A stretch of 64,000 nucleotides of DNA from Candidatus Bathyarchaeota archaeon (GCA_005888635.1 VBAW01000018.1:11391-75390), one strand, 5' to 3'. Shown: positions 29,041-38,993, numbered from the stretch's first letter. Numbers and translations are program-made. The notes: generated from the sequence alone by a model not told the origin.

Positions 29041-29225
29041 GCCGAGCCACGACTCGGAGAGCATCACGACAGAGTCTAGACACTAAGCCACTCAGGTTCT
29101 ATTGATTCCCATGCTTTGTTGAGAGGGGTTACATCACTCCATTATCCGGCCGAGATTCCATGCGACAAGAGATTCCAGCGTTGGCCACTAGGAGACGCGC
29201 TCATCCAGCTAGAACGGTCCATTCT

Positions 29226-30692
29226 ATGGTGGATGATGAGTTACGAGTCTCCACTCACAAGAGCATCATCAAGACCCTGGGACGCCAGTACACTGACGCT
29301 GCCCAGTTTTTCGTAGAGCTCGTGGTAAATTCTTGGATGTGGGGCGAAGCGACCAAAGTCGAGATCAGGATTCCCGAGAGTGGGTCTGCCATCGAGTATG
29401 AGGAATGGGGGAACGGCATGGACCTCACCGGGTTACGAGAATTCCTCACGAAGGGGAAGTTGACTGACGAGGGTTTCTCGCCCAAGTACAAGCGTCCGAT
29501 ACGAGAATCGTATGGTATGGGGAGTCTCGCTTGGCTTACGGTGGGTAAGGATCTGGAGCTTCAAGTCCACAAGGGCCGGTTCGACCGCACGATTACTCTC
29601 ACCGAGAACCTCATCGACAAACACTGGGACGCTACAGACCAATCGACGTGGAGACCCCTACGACTCATTCAAGCGCCTCTAGATCACGATGGTTTGAGAA
29701 TTCAGATACGCTCACTCACCAAGAAACCGGATCCAGTAGCCGTCCGGAGAGCTCTACTCGCCAGGGCCAATGTTCTGGCCCTCCGAGGATACGGACCATT
29801 CGAAGTCTCCGTGAACGGAGAACACGTGAAACCCGAGGAGTTGAGAGGCTCGACAATGCTCCCAGTCAACATCGCAACGGAATATGGAAGGATAACAGGG
29901 GAGATCATGATAATGCCCATATCAAAGGTCAGAGCCGGAATATCCGAGGCGGGAATAAGCGTCCAACAGAAACACATCACCTGTCTTCAGCACCAGTTCT
30001 TCGGTCTAGACCAATACCGGACCCACGGACTGTCCCGGATCCAGGGGTGGGTCAACGCTGACTTCCTTCGCCGCCTCCCCGGAGGAAATGACTTCGAACA
30101 TGACAGTGCCCAGTGGCGTATTTTTGAGAAGGCAATGCGAAGCTTCGTGAAAAACAGGGTCTACAAGTTCCTGAAACAGACAGCCAGCAAAAGGGAACTA
30201 AGAAGCATCCAATATCTCAATCGAGAGATTGCCGAGAGGCTTCGTCGAAGTCTTCGAAGAAACGTTGAGATCCTCTCCAAGGCAATGCTGAATCCAAGAG
30301 TGGCTCCGAAGATCAACATAGTGCCGGGCAAGACGAGGAAGGAGATCGTTCTTGGAGAGAGGAAGCGCAGGAGGGGAAAGAGACATAGTAGAGAAGCCAC
30401 CCGGAGTATTATCCATCTCAAGGACCAGATCCTAGCCTTCGATGTTGCTCATGGTGGAGACCGAGGGCAGGCCTATGTTGAAACTGACAAGAGTGGTGTC
30501 CGGACCGTCTTTGTGAACATGGATCATCCGATGTGGTACGTTGAAGCCGGCATGACTCCGACGAAACTGCGCTATTGTATCAGACAGATACTTGAGAGAT
30601 CTATTGCGGAGGAAATTCTCCCTGTGAGCCCTTCTACTCCTGAGGAGACATTTTCCACGTTGGACGCATTATACAACGATGCCCTGGCATAG
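29226..30692 (+). CDS. GHKL (MORC/HATPase_c_3-like) ATPase with S5-like domain
   Basis: VELVVNS N-box, EWGNGMD G1, SPKYKRPIRESYGMG G2, RIQGWVNADFL, VNMDHP. Confidence 0.78.
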   Translation: MVDDELRVSTHKSIIKTLGRQYTDAAQFFVELVVNSWMWGEATKVEIRIPESGSAIEYEEWGNGMDLTGLREFLTKGKLTDEGFSPKYKRPIRESYGMGSLAWLTVGKDLELQVHKGRFDRTITLTENLIDKHWDATDQSTWRPLRLIQAPLDHDGLRIQIRSLTKKPDPVAVRRALLARANVLALRGYGPFEVSVNGEHVKPEELRGSTMLPVNIATEYGRITGEIMIMPISKVRAGISEAGISVQQKHITCLQHQFFGLDQYRTHGLSRIQGWVNADFLRRLPGGNDFEHDSAQWRIFEKAMRSFVKNRVYKFLKQTASKRELRSIQYLNREIAERLRRSLRRNVEILSKAMLNPRVAPKINIVPGKTRKEIVLGERKRRRGKRHSREATRSIIHLKDQILAFDVAHGGDRGQAYVETDKSGVRTVFVNMDHPMWYVEAGMTPTKLRYCIRQILERSIAEEILPVSPSTPEETFSTLDALYNDALA

Positions 30693-30767
30693 AACAGGGC
30701 CCTTGGTCAGCGCAAGATTGGGTCGAGACTAGTCAATATATCCAGAGACCTCGACGGGGTAGGCGAT

Positions 30768-31202
30768 ATGGAAGTGCAGCGTATGTTTTCTGAAGCGGAA
30801 ACTCAATACTTGAAGTCTCAACGCCTGGCTAGGATAGCTACAGTATCCACCAAGGGTCAGCCTGACGTTGTCCCCGTAGGGTTTGAATTCGATGGGAAAT
30901 ACTTCTGGGTCGGAAGCCACACCCAAGAGATTTTCCACCGGACGCTGAAATACCATAACGTGAAGAACGGCAACAAGCTTGTTGCGCTTACAATTGATGA
31001 CTTGGAATCTATCGATCCCTGGAAGCCTAGGGTCATCAAAGTATACGGCACAGCAGAGGTCTTAGATCATCAAGGTAGATTCGGTCCCGGCAAATATCTT
31101 CGAGTTACGCCAAAGATTTCCTGGAGCTTTGGAATACTGGGTCTCAAGTCTGAAGGACCTGGTTTGGGACGAGTCAAGACAGTGCACCACTCGGCCAGTT
31201 AA
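30768..31202 (+). CDS. Pyridoxamine 5'-phosphate oxidase family (PPOX class, possibly F420-dependent)
   Basis: FSEAETQYLKSQRLARIATV..GQPDVVPVGF, VALTIDDLESIDPWKPR..VYGTAE, ISWSFGI. Confidence 0.85.
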   Translation: MEVQRMFSEAETQYLKSQRLARIATVSTKGQPDVVPVGFEFDGKYFWVGSHTQEIFHRTLKYHNVKNGNKLVALTIDDLESIDPWKPRVIKVYGTAEVLDHQGRFGPGKYLRVTPKISWSFGILGLKSEGPGLGRVKTVHHSAS

Positions 31203-31265
31203 GCAGCTGAGTCGGGGACGGACCGCGGTTCCGCGGAACTCAAGCAACTGTTGATCTGAGGATTT

Positions 31266-31286
31266 CCAAAAAATAGGGGGGTTTGA
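31266..31286 (-). terminator. C-run/T-run putative terminator
   Basis: TCAAACCCCCCTATTTTTTGG 19 nt after the stop; similar element at 37519-37540. Confidence 0.45.
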
Positions 31287-31305
31287 TTGGGTCGGGCTCA
31301 TTCCT

Positions 31306-31821
31306 CTAGGCTCCTGTGAAGGGTACGACCAACACTCGGAGACAGGTTGTTGTTGACGAGAGGCTGCCTGAGCCTATCAAATGGACGCTGACGGTTGTTG
31401 GGCTGCTCCATCCTGCTGAGATCGTGTTGCTGCCGCTGAGCCCTGGAGCCGCGACGACTATTGTTGCTGCCGGAGTGGTTCCTGTTCCTTGGTAGGATAG
31501 CGTCAATGTGATGTGGGTGCTGTCAACGATGGTGAAGCCTGTGACTGTTACATTGGCGATGGTGCTTGCAGCTCTGAACGAAGTGAACGTTCCGTTATTG
31601 CGTGCCTCCCAGCTGAGTGGCCCGGCCCCCCTCAAGCCGAGCCACTGTCCATTGTAAGTGTTGAGACCGTTCTGGTTCGATGCGGTGGTAGGAGCCGCTG
31701 AGGCGCTGGCTAGAACGTATGCTGCTGTGCCGGCGCCGAGCCCGACGAGTAGTATGACCAGTATTAGGGAGCGTGTGGAGAAGCTCTTTCTTGTTGGTAG
31801 TTGCGTTGTTGCTTGTGACAT
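31306..31821 (-). CDS. Secreted Thr/Ser-rich protein with class III-like signal peptide
   Basis: RKS/FSTRSLILVILLVGLGAG then a beta-rich domain. Confidence 0.7.
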   Translation of the reverse strand: MSQATTQLPTRKSFSTRSLILVILLVGLGAGTAAYVLASASAAPTTASNQNGLNTYNGQWLGLRGAGPLSWEARNNGTFTSFRAASTIANVTVTGFTIVDSTHITLTLSYQGTGTTPAATIVVAAPGLSGSNTISAGWSSPTTVSVHLIGSGSLSSTTTCLRVLVVPFTGA

Positions 31822-31940
31822 TTTCCTCGACCTATGGACGTTGTGGGATGAAGATGGCTGTTCTCCTAGGAATCCGCTTAAATCCTCATAGACCCGCAGT
31901 TCTCTATTGGTTTCTTTCGTAGGAGATCGAGTCAAGAAAC

Positions 31941-32261
31941 ATGTCTTCTATCGACGATCCGATCCTGAAGGAACTACTCGACGCGCTAAAGGAGGACACT
32001 CAACGAATGGCAGCGGATCTTCTCAGTATCATAACGACAAATGCTCTCATCGCCATCTTCGCCCTGTTCCTTGCTGTTGTTTCGCTCGTGAGGATAATCT
32101 TCTACCCTCCCAGATTTGGCCCTGGGCCGGCTCCCGGTCTCTTCGAGTCGGCTCTAACCCTCGTCCTCTTTGCCCTCTCGGTAGTTTCCATCTACAACTT
32201 ACTTAGACTACGCGAGAGATACGCCCGACTTCAAGCTCTGGCTGAAAAGCTCGGCCGATAG
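31941..32261 (+). CDS. Hypothetical two-TM membrane protein
   Basis: Two hydrophobic helices with coiled ends. Confidence 0.65.
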   Translation: MSSIDDPILKELLDALKEDTQRMAADLLSIITTNALIAIFALFLAVVSLVRIIFYPPRFGPGPAPGLFESALTLVLFALSVVSIYNLLRLRERYARLQALAEKLGR

Positions 32262-32264
32262 CCG

Positions 32265-32576
32265 TTGCCGCTGTCTCCCGACACCAAGAAGGAAGCGGAG
32301 AAGAGACTTACCGTATTGAAAATGATAGAGGTCTTCGCGGACAAATGCGCGAAGAGCACACTGCTCAACGGACCATTCGGTGGAGACGATAGAGCCTTCG
32401 ACCGATTGCTCGGACCCGCGGGGATCCTGACACGAACATCCCTAGTCACTGCAACGATGGACGGCAGGGTCACCCATTACGGGAGGACCGAAGCTGGCAG
32501 GGTCTACCAGCAGGTCTTGGACACAGAGCTGAATTTTCTGGACCCTTACACTGGAGGAGAGGTCTGGAAGAAATGA
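32265..32576 (+). CDS. Hypothetical protein, possible winged-helix
   Basis: LV...GRVTHYGRTEAG resembles a wHTH wing. Confidence 0.5.
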   Translation: MPLSPDTKKEAEKRLTVLKMIEVFADKCAKSTLLNGPFGGDDRAFDRLLGPAGILTRTSLVTATMDGRVTHYGRTEAGRVYQQVLDTELNFLDPYTGGEVWKK

Positions 32577-33037
32577 TGTTCCGAGCCCAGTGTCGCGGAT
32601 TTTCAGGTTCGTTGTGTTCTTGACGGAGCGAAACTAACCAGGCCATTTTCCAGATTTTCCGTATCTCTCACTCTCGCGTCGCAGAGCCTCACTACGCCCC
32701 GGTTTTTTCCTAGGGTCCTAGCCAGAGGAACTTTATTCTCAGGAGGGTTCCCGTCTATCGCGCAGAATGGGCTTGGAACCGGATCTTGAAAGTTTGGCTA
32801 CGCCTGTGTCTTGTTCGTGAAAAGCCGTGTATCAGGATCGCTTGCTTGGATTCGGGAATCTGGCGTGTTTCAGAACGAGTTCATGAAAAAGAACGTGGAA
32901 CGGCACCTGAGCCCGACTTAGCATTCCGTGCTGGCAGTGTTGTAGGTAGCTAGAGATACCTACTAGGAGACTGAAAGTAATCCTGGTCGAGAACGTTCTT
33001 ATAGCCTCGACAAGGGTCGCGGGTTAGAAGAACAATT

Positions 33038-33463
33038 ATGCAAGCTCAAGCACAAAAGATGAAGGGCGAACTTCTATTCGAGTTCAGGGCCAAGAACAAC
33101 AGCACCACCATCAAAGACATCGGACCCAACGGTGTACAGTTAGAGATGAATGATCACGGAGAAGTTAGCGGCAAATACCACGCTGGACACATCGACACAG
33201 TCAGCGTCAGCCTCAAGACCGACGGAACCAATGACTGGCAGCTAAAGTCCATTCACAACACCAAGGACGGAGACATGGTCGTAGTCTGGGGAGGCGGCAA
33301 AGGCCGCATGGCCGGTCCGCAAACCGGCACTTGGGAAGGAGAACTACACTTCATGACCCAATCACCCAAACTAGCCTGGCTCAACAATTCGACCGGCTGG
33401 GTCGAAGGCCAAGGCAACATGGCCACCGGCGAAAGCAGCGGCAAGATATACGCCAAAAAGTAA
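33038..33463 (+). CDS. Hypothetical beta-rich protein
   Basis: Clean ATG ORF with strong codon bias; TKDGD...WGGG...FMTQSPKLAWLN; TATA-like CTTATA about 35 nt upstream. Confidence 0.8.
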   Translation: MQAQAQKMKGELLFEFRAKNNSTTIKDIGPNGVQLEMNDHGEVSGKYHAGHIDTVSVSLKTDGTNDWQLKSIHNTKDGDMVVVWGGGKGRMAGPQTGTWEGELHFMTQSPKLAWLNNSTGWVEGQGNMATGESSGKIYAKK

Positions 33464-33530
33464 CACGCCCTCAAGTCAAACTTCCAACACCCTTGTTTTA
33501 TCTCGTTGGGAACAGCGTAGCATCCGATCA

Positions 33531-34166
33531 TTGCTAGCTCCAAGAATCGTCTCCTACGGAGCCTCTATCAAAGGCGAAGAACACAAGGAAAACGAAGACA
33601 CCATACTGGTTGAGGACAAGTTAGGACTATATGCTGTCGCTGACGGAGTAACGATGCCATATGGTGGCGGACCCGCAAGCCGACTTGCCATTAGCAGCCT
33701 CAGGTCTTTGTTCAAAGGCGACTTGGCAGAGACTATCCCGCAAGTCAACAGGACAGTTTTGGAAGAAAAGAAGAAGAGCCCTGGAATCGGGTCCAGCACA
33801 CTCACCGCGGCACAAGTGACTGATGGAAGTGTCAGGATCGCACACGCGGGAGACAGCTCCGCCTTCCTCATCCGAGAGAACGCAATGATCCTGAAAACGG
33901 CATCTCAGAATCGGGAAGGATTTCTAACCAACACCATCGGAGAATACTTCGAAGGAGCAACTCTCTACAACAAAGAAATGAAGTCAGGCGACTATCTAAT
34001 TCTAGCAACGGATGGCGTGACCGCAGTACTGAACGATGATGAGATAGCGGATATAGTGACTAGGCAAAAAGAACCCAAGAAAATCGTTGAGTATTCTCTC
34101 CGAGAGATCGGAAGACGACCCCGACAGTATCGAGACGACCGGAGCATGGTCGTTGTGGGAATATGA
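33531..34166 (+). CDS. PP2C/PPM-family Ser/Thr phosphatase
   Basis: NED, VADGV, STLT, HAGDS, LATDGV, DDRS. Confidence 0.88.
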   Translation: MLAPRIVSYGASIKGEEHKENEDTILVEDKLGLYAVADGVTMPYGGGPASRLAISSLRSLFKGDLAETIPQVNRTVLEEKKKSPGIGSSTLTAAQVTDGSVRIAHAGDSSAFLIRENAMILKTASQNREGFLTNTIGEYFEGATLYNKEMKSGDYLILATDGVTAVLNDDEIADIVTRQKEPKKIVEYSLREIGRRPRQYRDDRSMVVVGI

Positions 34167-34645
34167 CCATGGTCCAAAGAGGAAAAGCCGTCAAAACAAG
34201 AGTCAGGAAATTCAAGATCAATGATCTTGACCAGGTTGTAGCAATAGCGGAAAGATACGCCTCATGGGACCTAACATCGACAGAGGTGGACGTAGAGGGA
34301 TTTCATTCCGCAAGCCCAGAATTCTTCTTTGTAGCCGAGGCAGAAAACAAAATTCTCGGGTTCGTATGTGGAAGAGAATCGAATCCTCCCGCGGAAACGC
34401 TCAACAAATGGAAATCCAGAAAGGTGGCGTCAATCGAGACGCTCGCGGTAGACGAGGATTACAGGCGACAGGGAATCGCCACGTCACTACTGTCAGCACT
34501 ATTCGAAGCGTTCAAACAGAAAAAGATAGATCTGGTGACCCTTTCCGTTCCAGCCGTGGAGATAGCGGCGATGAAGCTGTACGGAAAACTGGGTTTTGAA
34601 CCTAGGGCCCAGTTTCTTTGGAAGAGACTCGATTCGAGTTATTGA
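34163..34645 (+). CDS. GNAT-family acetyltransferase (RimI-like)
   Basis: LAVDEDYRRQGIA, AMKLYGKLGF. Confidence 0.9.
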   Translation: MTMVQRGKAVKTRVRKFKINDLDQVVAIAERYASWDLTSTEVDVEGFHSASPEFFFVAEAENKILGFVCGRESNPPAETLNKWKSRKVASIETLAVDEDYRRQGIATSLLSALFEAFKQKKIDLVTLSVPAVEIAAMKLYGKLGFEPRAQFLWKRLDSSY

Positions 34646-35193
34646 GCTGGTGTAGTCTGCATTGAAGCCTCGGCATGCTGTCCCTGCGAGAACATTGCCA
34701 TAGCCTGCTTCTGCTTCTCATCTCTCTCTGCCTTGCTCATTTTGATCTGCTCTGACAGTGACCAGTGGTGACCAAACGGGTCAGTAAGTTGACCGTAGCG
34801 TTCGCCCCAGAACATGTTGTCCATCGGCATAGTTACCTTGGCACCGGCGTCGACGGCTTGCTGCCACAGCTTGTCAACATTCTTCACATAGACCTGCAGA
34901 GTGACTGAGCTGTTACCTAGAACATCCGGCGACTGCGAGCTAGCCCCTGGAAATACGTCCGACATCATCACGATCGAATCTCCGATCCGAATCTGAGCAT
35001 GCATGAGCTTCCCGTCGGGGGTAGGTTCACGGACGATCTCCTTCGCTCCAAAGGCTTTCTTGTACCAGTCGATAGCCGCAGCGGCTCCATTAATCGACAG
35101 GTAAGGAGTTACCGTTCGGAAGCCTTTCGGAATCGGATCAATCCTAGCTTTTTTGGGTTTAGATTTCTTGGCTTGTTTGGATTTCTTAGCCAT
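34639..35193 (-). CDS. VOC family protein (PhnB-like)
   Basis: VTPYL, YKKAFGA, MHAQIRIGDS, FWGERYGQLTDPFGHHW. Confidence 0.92.
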   Translation of the reverse strand: MAKKSKQAKKSKPKKARIDPIPKGFRTVTPYLSINGAAAAIDWYKKAFGAKEIVREPTPDGKLMHAQIRIGDSIVMMSDVFPGASSQSPDVLGNSSVTLQVYVKNVDKLWQQAVDAGAKVTMPMDNMFWGERYGQLTDPFGHHWSLSEQIKMSKAERDEKQKQAMAMFSQGQHAEASMQTTPAQ

Positions 35194-35529
35194 ATGATAA
35201 TCCTCGATACTGGGTCGCGTAAATCTCGCCCATAAAAGAAGTTCGGTCGATTGATAGGAAATGGGCTCAATTTAGCCCGCTCAAGCTCTAAAAAAAGGGG
35301 GCGGTGTACGGCCAAAAGCGAGTCCCAAGTGTTCTCAAGAAGAATCGTAGCTAGCCAGAGTATAGGTTTCATGCAAAACGTAACCTAAGCTGTTGCGGTT
35401 GTTTGCCCGGCATTATTTCTCCAGGAATCTGTGGAGATCTCTGGTCGACGAGTTGCTATAGCTGGATTGAGAAGGAGGGGCTACGCTTAATGGGCCCGGA
35501 GAAAGCTAGAGTGACCGCGGACGCATCGG

Positions 35530-35754
35530 ATGAGCAAGCCCCTCGATAACCCGCTGTCAGATCAAGCAGCGAACCCCTCAGCGGATCCTTCGAGAGAGGC
35601 CAGTGTGATGGAAGAGGGGGCCTTACCAGAGATTTTCAGGGGTCGCATGTTCTGTACGGTACACGGTCGGCAATGCTATCGTGGCACTACCTTCACAGGA
35701 GAATCTGTCTGGATATGTCCAGACGAGCGCCACGTGATTCCCTTGCGAGGGTAA
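35530..35754 (+). CDS. Small putative Zn-binding protein
   Basis: CTVH..C...WICPDERH. Confidence 0.5.
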   Translation: MSKPLDNPLSDQAANPSADPSREASVMEEGALPEIFRGRMFCTVHGRQCYRGTTFTGESVWICPDERHVIPLRG

Positions 35755-35783
35755 GAAAATGGGAGTGGAGTTTCGTCCAGCTC

Positions 35784-36884
35784 TTATCGGGTTACGGTGA
35801 ACGAGAATTGGTTGCTTCTAGTAGTTGTCAAGATCACTGTGTATGATTGTCCCACGTTGAACTGGAAGAATAACCCAGGAATTCCACCGTAGACGCAACC
35901 GGGGCAGTTGGCGCCGATCAGAATGCTCATTGTGGCGACATCATTTGGAATTATCGTAGGTCCCGCTAAGTTGGAAAGGGTCCACGTGTTTCCCGATGAG
36001 TCCTGCACCGTATAGGATTGAACTGTCACTGATGTATTTCCGGCATTCAGAAGGACAAGCGATAAGCTTGTGCCATTGATGAATTGGTATCTGTTTAGCT
36101 TCAAGGATTCGATTACGGGTGGAGGTATGATAGGGTCGACAACCGTTAGGCTGATGACCGTTGAATGGGTCCGTGAACCATCGGTTCCTGTTAGGGTGAT
36201 ATTGTAGTTTCCGAGGGTCGTGCTGAGGCTGGTGGTTATGTCCAAGGTGCTCGAGGCTGTCCCGTCACTCGATAGTGTCAACGGGTTCTGGCTGCCCGTC
36301 ACCGTGATGTAGCCGAAGGGTGCTGTGACCGTTAGACTAACGGTTCCCGTGTAACCGTTCACGCTTGTAACGGTGACGGTTGTGGTGTTGCTAGACCCGA
36401 AGACGTTGACGATGTTCGACGGGGAGGAGGTTATCGTGAAGTCTTGATTGGAGACGACTTGAACTGATAAATCGGCCGACGCATATGTCGTCTTTCCGTG
36501 ACTGCTTGCGATTCCGATTACAACGATGTTGTAATTTCCAATATTACTAGTCGCGGTAACCGTCAACGTGGACTTTGCCGTGCCGTTTGCTGGGACACTC
36601 ACGCTGGTAGGGCTTACCGTTGCGGGGAGTTTTGAACCCGTAAAGAATAGGGACAATGATACTGTTCCGGAGAAGCTGTTCACGCTGATGATGCTTACGC
36701 TTGAGGTAAGGGATGAGCCCTGCTCAATGGACAAAGTCGAAGGATTCACTGTTAGAAGGAATGAAGGGCCCACTTTACCACCATTCACGTACGAGCTGAG
36801 CATTGTGCCGCCCGCAACTGTTCCTACCACGGCCGTTAGAACCATTAGGAGCCCCTTCAGATAGACTAGATTGCTGAATAGCAT
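35784..36884 (-). CDS. Secreted surface protein with two Ig-like repeats and a C-terminal pilin-like beta domain
   Basis: Repeats FLLTVNPS..SVNSFSGTVSLS / FTITSSPS..SVNGYTGTVSLT; tail NAGNTSVTV...GQSYTVILTT. Confidence 0.75.
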   Translation of the reverse strand: MLFSNLVYLKGLLMVLTAVVGTVAGGTMLSSYVNGGKVGPSFLLTVNPSTLSIEQGSSLTSSVSIISVNSFSGTVSLSLFFTGSKLPATVSPTSVSVPANGTAKSTLTVTATSNIGNYNIVVIGIASSHGKTTYASADLSVQVVSNQDFTITSSPSNIVNVFGSSNTTTVTVTSVNGYTGTVSLTVTAPFGYITVTGSQNPLTLSSDGTASSTLDITTSLSTTLGNYNITLTGTDGSRTHSTVISLTVVDPIIPPPVIESLKLNRYQFINGTSLSLVLLNAGNTSVTVQSYTVQDSSGNTWTLSNLAGPTIIPNDVATMSILIGANCPGCVYGGIPGLFFQFNVGQSYTVILTTTRSNQFSFTVTR

Positions 36885-37266
36885 TGTGTTGCAATCCCCT
36901 AATCCTAAGGCCAACTGGGCTGTCAGAAGGCTTACGGGTCGCGTAACTAGCGATGGTTACTAATCGGTCGAGTGTGGACACAGGGCATGCCACTCCATAA
37001 CTTGAAAACCTGTTTTGGTCCAAATGATAGGGAAAAGTCTGTCCTAATTGTTTAACGACGAAATATGGGGAATAACGGTTGCCACGAACGTTTTTCAACG
37101 CTACGTTCCGCTTTTTGCTTTCGAATCTGCAAGCTAGAAACTTGGCTGAAGCTCAGATTCTGAGAAATCGAATCGACTCCTAGTTGACTTGATTTAAGTG
37201 AATTCCTAGGAGAATGGTCATCGTCTTCCCCTAACGCATTACGTTCGTGGAGGTGAGAGATGAAAA

Positions 37267-37497
37267 ATGTCGCTTCAAGAAATTCAACCGGTAAAATCTC
37301 GCGGATTCTCGTTACGATCAATGTTGCTCTTGGTGCTTTTAGTTGGAGTCGGCGCGGGCGCGACCGCTTACGTTCTGGGCAATGCTTTCGCCGCTATCAC
37401 AGGCACGCCTAGTACTGGTGCAAATCAGCAGAGCACAACGACTACGTCCGCGAGCACTTCTACGGCCGCACACAACTGCACTCTAACATCAGCGTAG
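37267..37497 (+). CDS. Small secreted protein with class III-like signal peptide, paralogue of 31306-31821
   Basis: KSRG/FSLRSMLLLVLLVGVGAGATAYVL; GAGGTGA SD upstream. Confidence 0.7.
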   Translation: MSLQEIQPVKSRGFSLRSMLLLVLLVGVGAGATAYVLGNAFAAITGTPSTGANQQSTTTTSASTSTAAHNCTLTSA

Positions 37498-37518
37498 AGT
37501 TTGTCGACGATGGTCCGT

Positions 37519-37540
37519 TCAAACCCCCATTTTTCTTTGG
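37519..37540 (+). terminator. C-run/T-run putative terminator
   Basis: TCAAACCCCCATTTTTCTTTGG 21 nt after the stop. Confidence 0.45.
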
Positions 37541-37686
37541 AACTACACCGGACGCTCCTTGGATACTCCGGACCCGTCTTGCGATCTCTTTCCACGCAAT
37601 TGCTAAGAACGGTCTTTCCACTTCTCAAGTTAGACACTTCTGAAATACCTCTAATCCATCCCTTCACTGTCCGAGTTCTGTAGTCT

Positions 37687-38358
37687 ATGCGTGTAAACTG
37701 GTTCCTGATGCTAGCCTGCGTCCTAGCAAGCCTCTATGCATGGCAACAAGATCCAAACTGGGCTGACCAGAATCTAGTCTTCAGCCTCAACAATCTTTAC
37801 GCTGGACGCGTCTGGACCCTAGTAACAGCCCTGTTCGTTCACGCCGGCTGGGAGCACCTCCTCGGCAACCTTCCGTTTCTCTTCGTATTTGGGAATACTT
37901 TGGAAAAGATGATCGGCCGAAACAATCATCTTCTGGTCTTCTTTCTGGGCGGATTCACAAGCTTCCTACTACCACCCATCATCGGAATCTACAGCGCCGA
38001 CACGGGCATGCTAGGAGCGAGTGCAGCAATCTTCACACTCGCAGCGATCGTCATGCTCATGTCCCCACTCAAGTTTAGTTGGCTCTTCCTCGCGCCACAA
38101 GGACTCGTAGCAATCATCTACTTTGTTCTGAACGTAGCGCTCGTCTATGCTCCATCCATGATACCCGGCTACAATCCCAATGTAGCATACATCGCTCATG
38201 TCATAGGATTCACAGTAGGAATACCATTCGGTATTGCCTGGAGTCTTCACTGGAAGAAGAACCTTGTAATCAGCCTCGGGCTGTTCGGCATCTACCTAGT
38301 AATACTAGCCTTGCTAGGCGCGTTGACGGGAATTCAGACGCCCCTCGGCGTTGTCTAA
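37687..38358 (+). CDS. Rhomboid intramembrane serine protease
   Basis: FVHAGWEHLLGN, GASAA, AHVIGF. Confidence 0.93.
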   Translation: MRVNWFLMLACVLASLYAWQQDPNWADQNLVFSLNNLYAGRVWTLVTALFVHAGWEHLLGNLPFLFVFGNTLEKMIGRNNHLLVFFLGGFTSFLLPPIIGIYSADTGMLGASAAIFTLAAIVMLMSPLKFSWLFLAPQGLVAIIYFVLNVALVYAPSMIPGYNPNVAYIAHVIGFTVGIPFGIAWSLHWKKNLVISLGLFGIYLVILALLGALTGIQTPLGVV

Positions 38359-38888
38359 CCAAGCTGATTCTCCAATAGCGGTTTCAGCTTCAGAAAGACT
38401 TCTCGGGTCACCTTAAGATCGTCGAGACAATGATCCCTGATAGACTTCAACGCCGTCTCATCTCCCTCCAATGCTTTGACAAACAACTGAGGGACCTCTA
38501 GTCCCATAGGCCCTTTCTCTCGCTTTATCCCGAAAAAGTCGCAGACATGGTCTAGGTAGGTGAATGTTAGACGAAGGCGGGATCTTACGACCTCGTTCAG
38601 GTCCAAATGCGTCTTACTCAATAGTGGAAGGGGGTCGAGACCGTGCTTCAAGAGACGAGTTGTGAGAAAGGGAGTATCAAAGCCTCGACCACTCCAAGTC
38701 ACGATCACATCGTACGCCTCCAGCCGGTTGAGAAGCTTGACTAGCAGGCCTTTCTCCTGGTCAGTTCTCTTGGCATCCAAATATTCGCTCTTCCCAGCCT
38801 CTGGCAATAGTCCTGCGCCAACTACTATGCCGGCGTCGGCTTCTAGGGAAGAAGTCTCGATGTCAAGAATAACGATTCTCGGGGCCAT
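38355..38888 (-). CDS. RNase H-like DEDD exonuclease (YprB/RNase_H_2 family)
   Basis: LDIETS, TWSGRGFD.PFL, HLDL, HCLDDL. Confidence 0.85.
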   Translation of the reverse strand: MAPRIVILDIETSSLEADAGIVVGAGLLPEAGKSEYLDAKRTDQEKGLLVKLLNRLEAYDVIVTWSGRGFDTPFLTTRLLKHGLDPLPLLSKTHLDLNEVVRSRLRLTFTYLDHVCDFFGIKREKGPMGLEVPQLFVKALEGDETALKSIRDHCLDDLKVTREVFLKLKPLLENQLG

Positions 38889-38993
38889 GTGATTCGACGA
38901 TTCGGGCCTGGTCTAAAGCGCTTCGTCCAAGTTCGTCGAACGAGGTTTCATAGCTCAGAATCGCCAGCTAGTGTAGTCTCCGGAGAGACCGCG

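Noticed and set aside
29152-29180. Short direct repeat GAGATTCCA x2
   Set aside because: Two 9-bp copies only; not CRISPR or iteron-like
32400-32475. tRNA-like signal suggested by the antisense peptide VRVRIPAGP
   Set aside because: No TTCRA T-loop or cloverleaf, and it lies inside a CDS
11471-32987. 13-bp match AAGTAATCCTGGT at 11471-11483 and 32975-32987
   Set aside because: Matches of this length are expected by chance in 64 kb and spacing to the downstream genes differs
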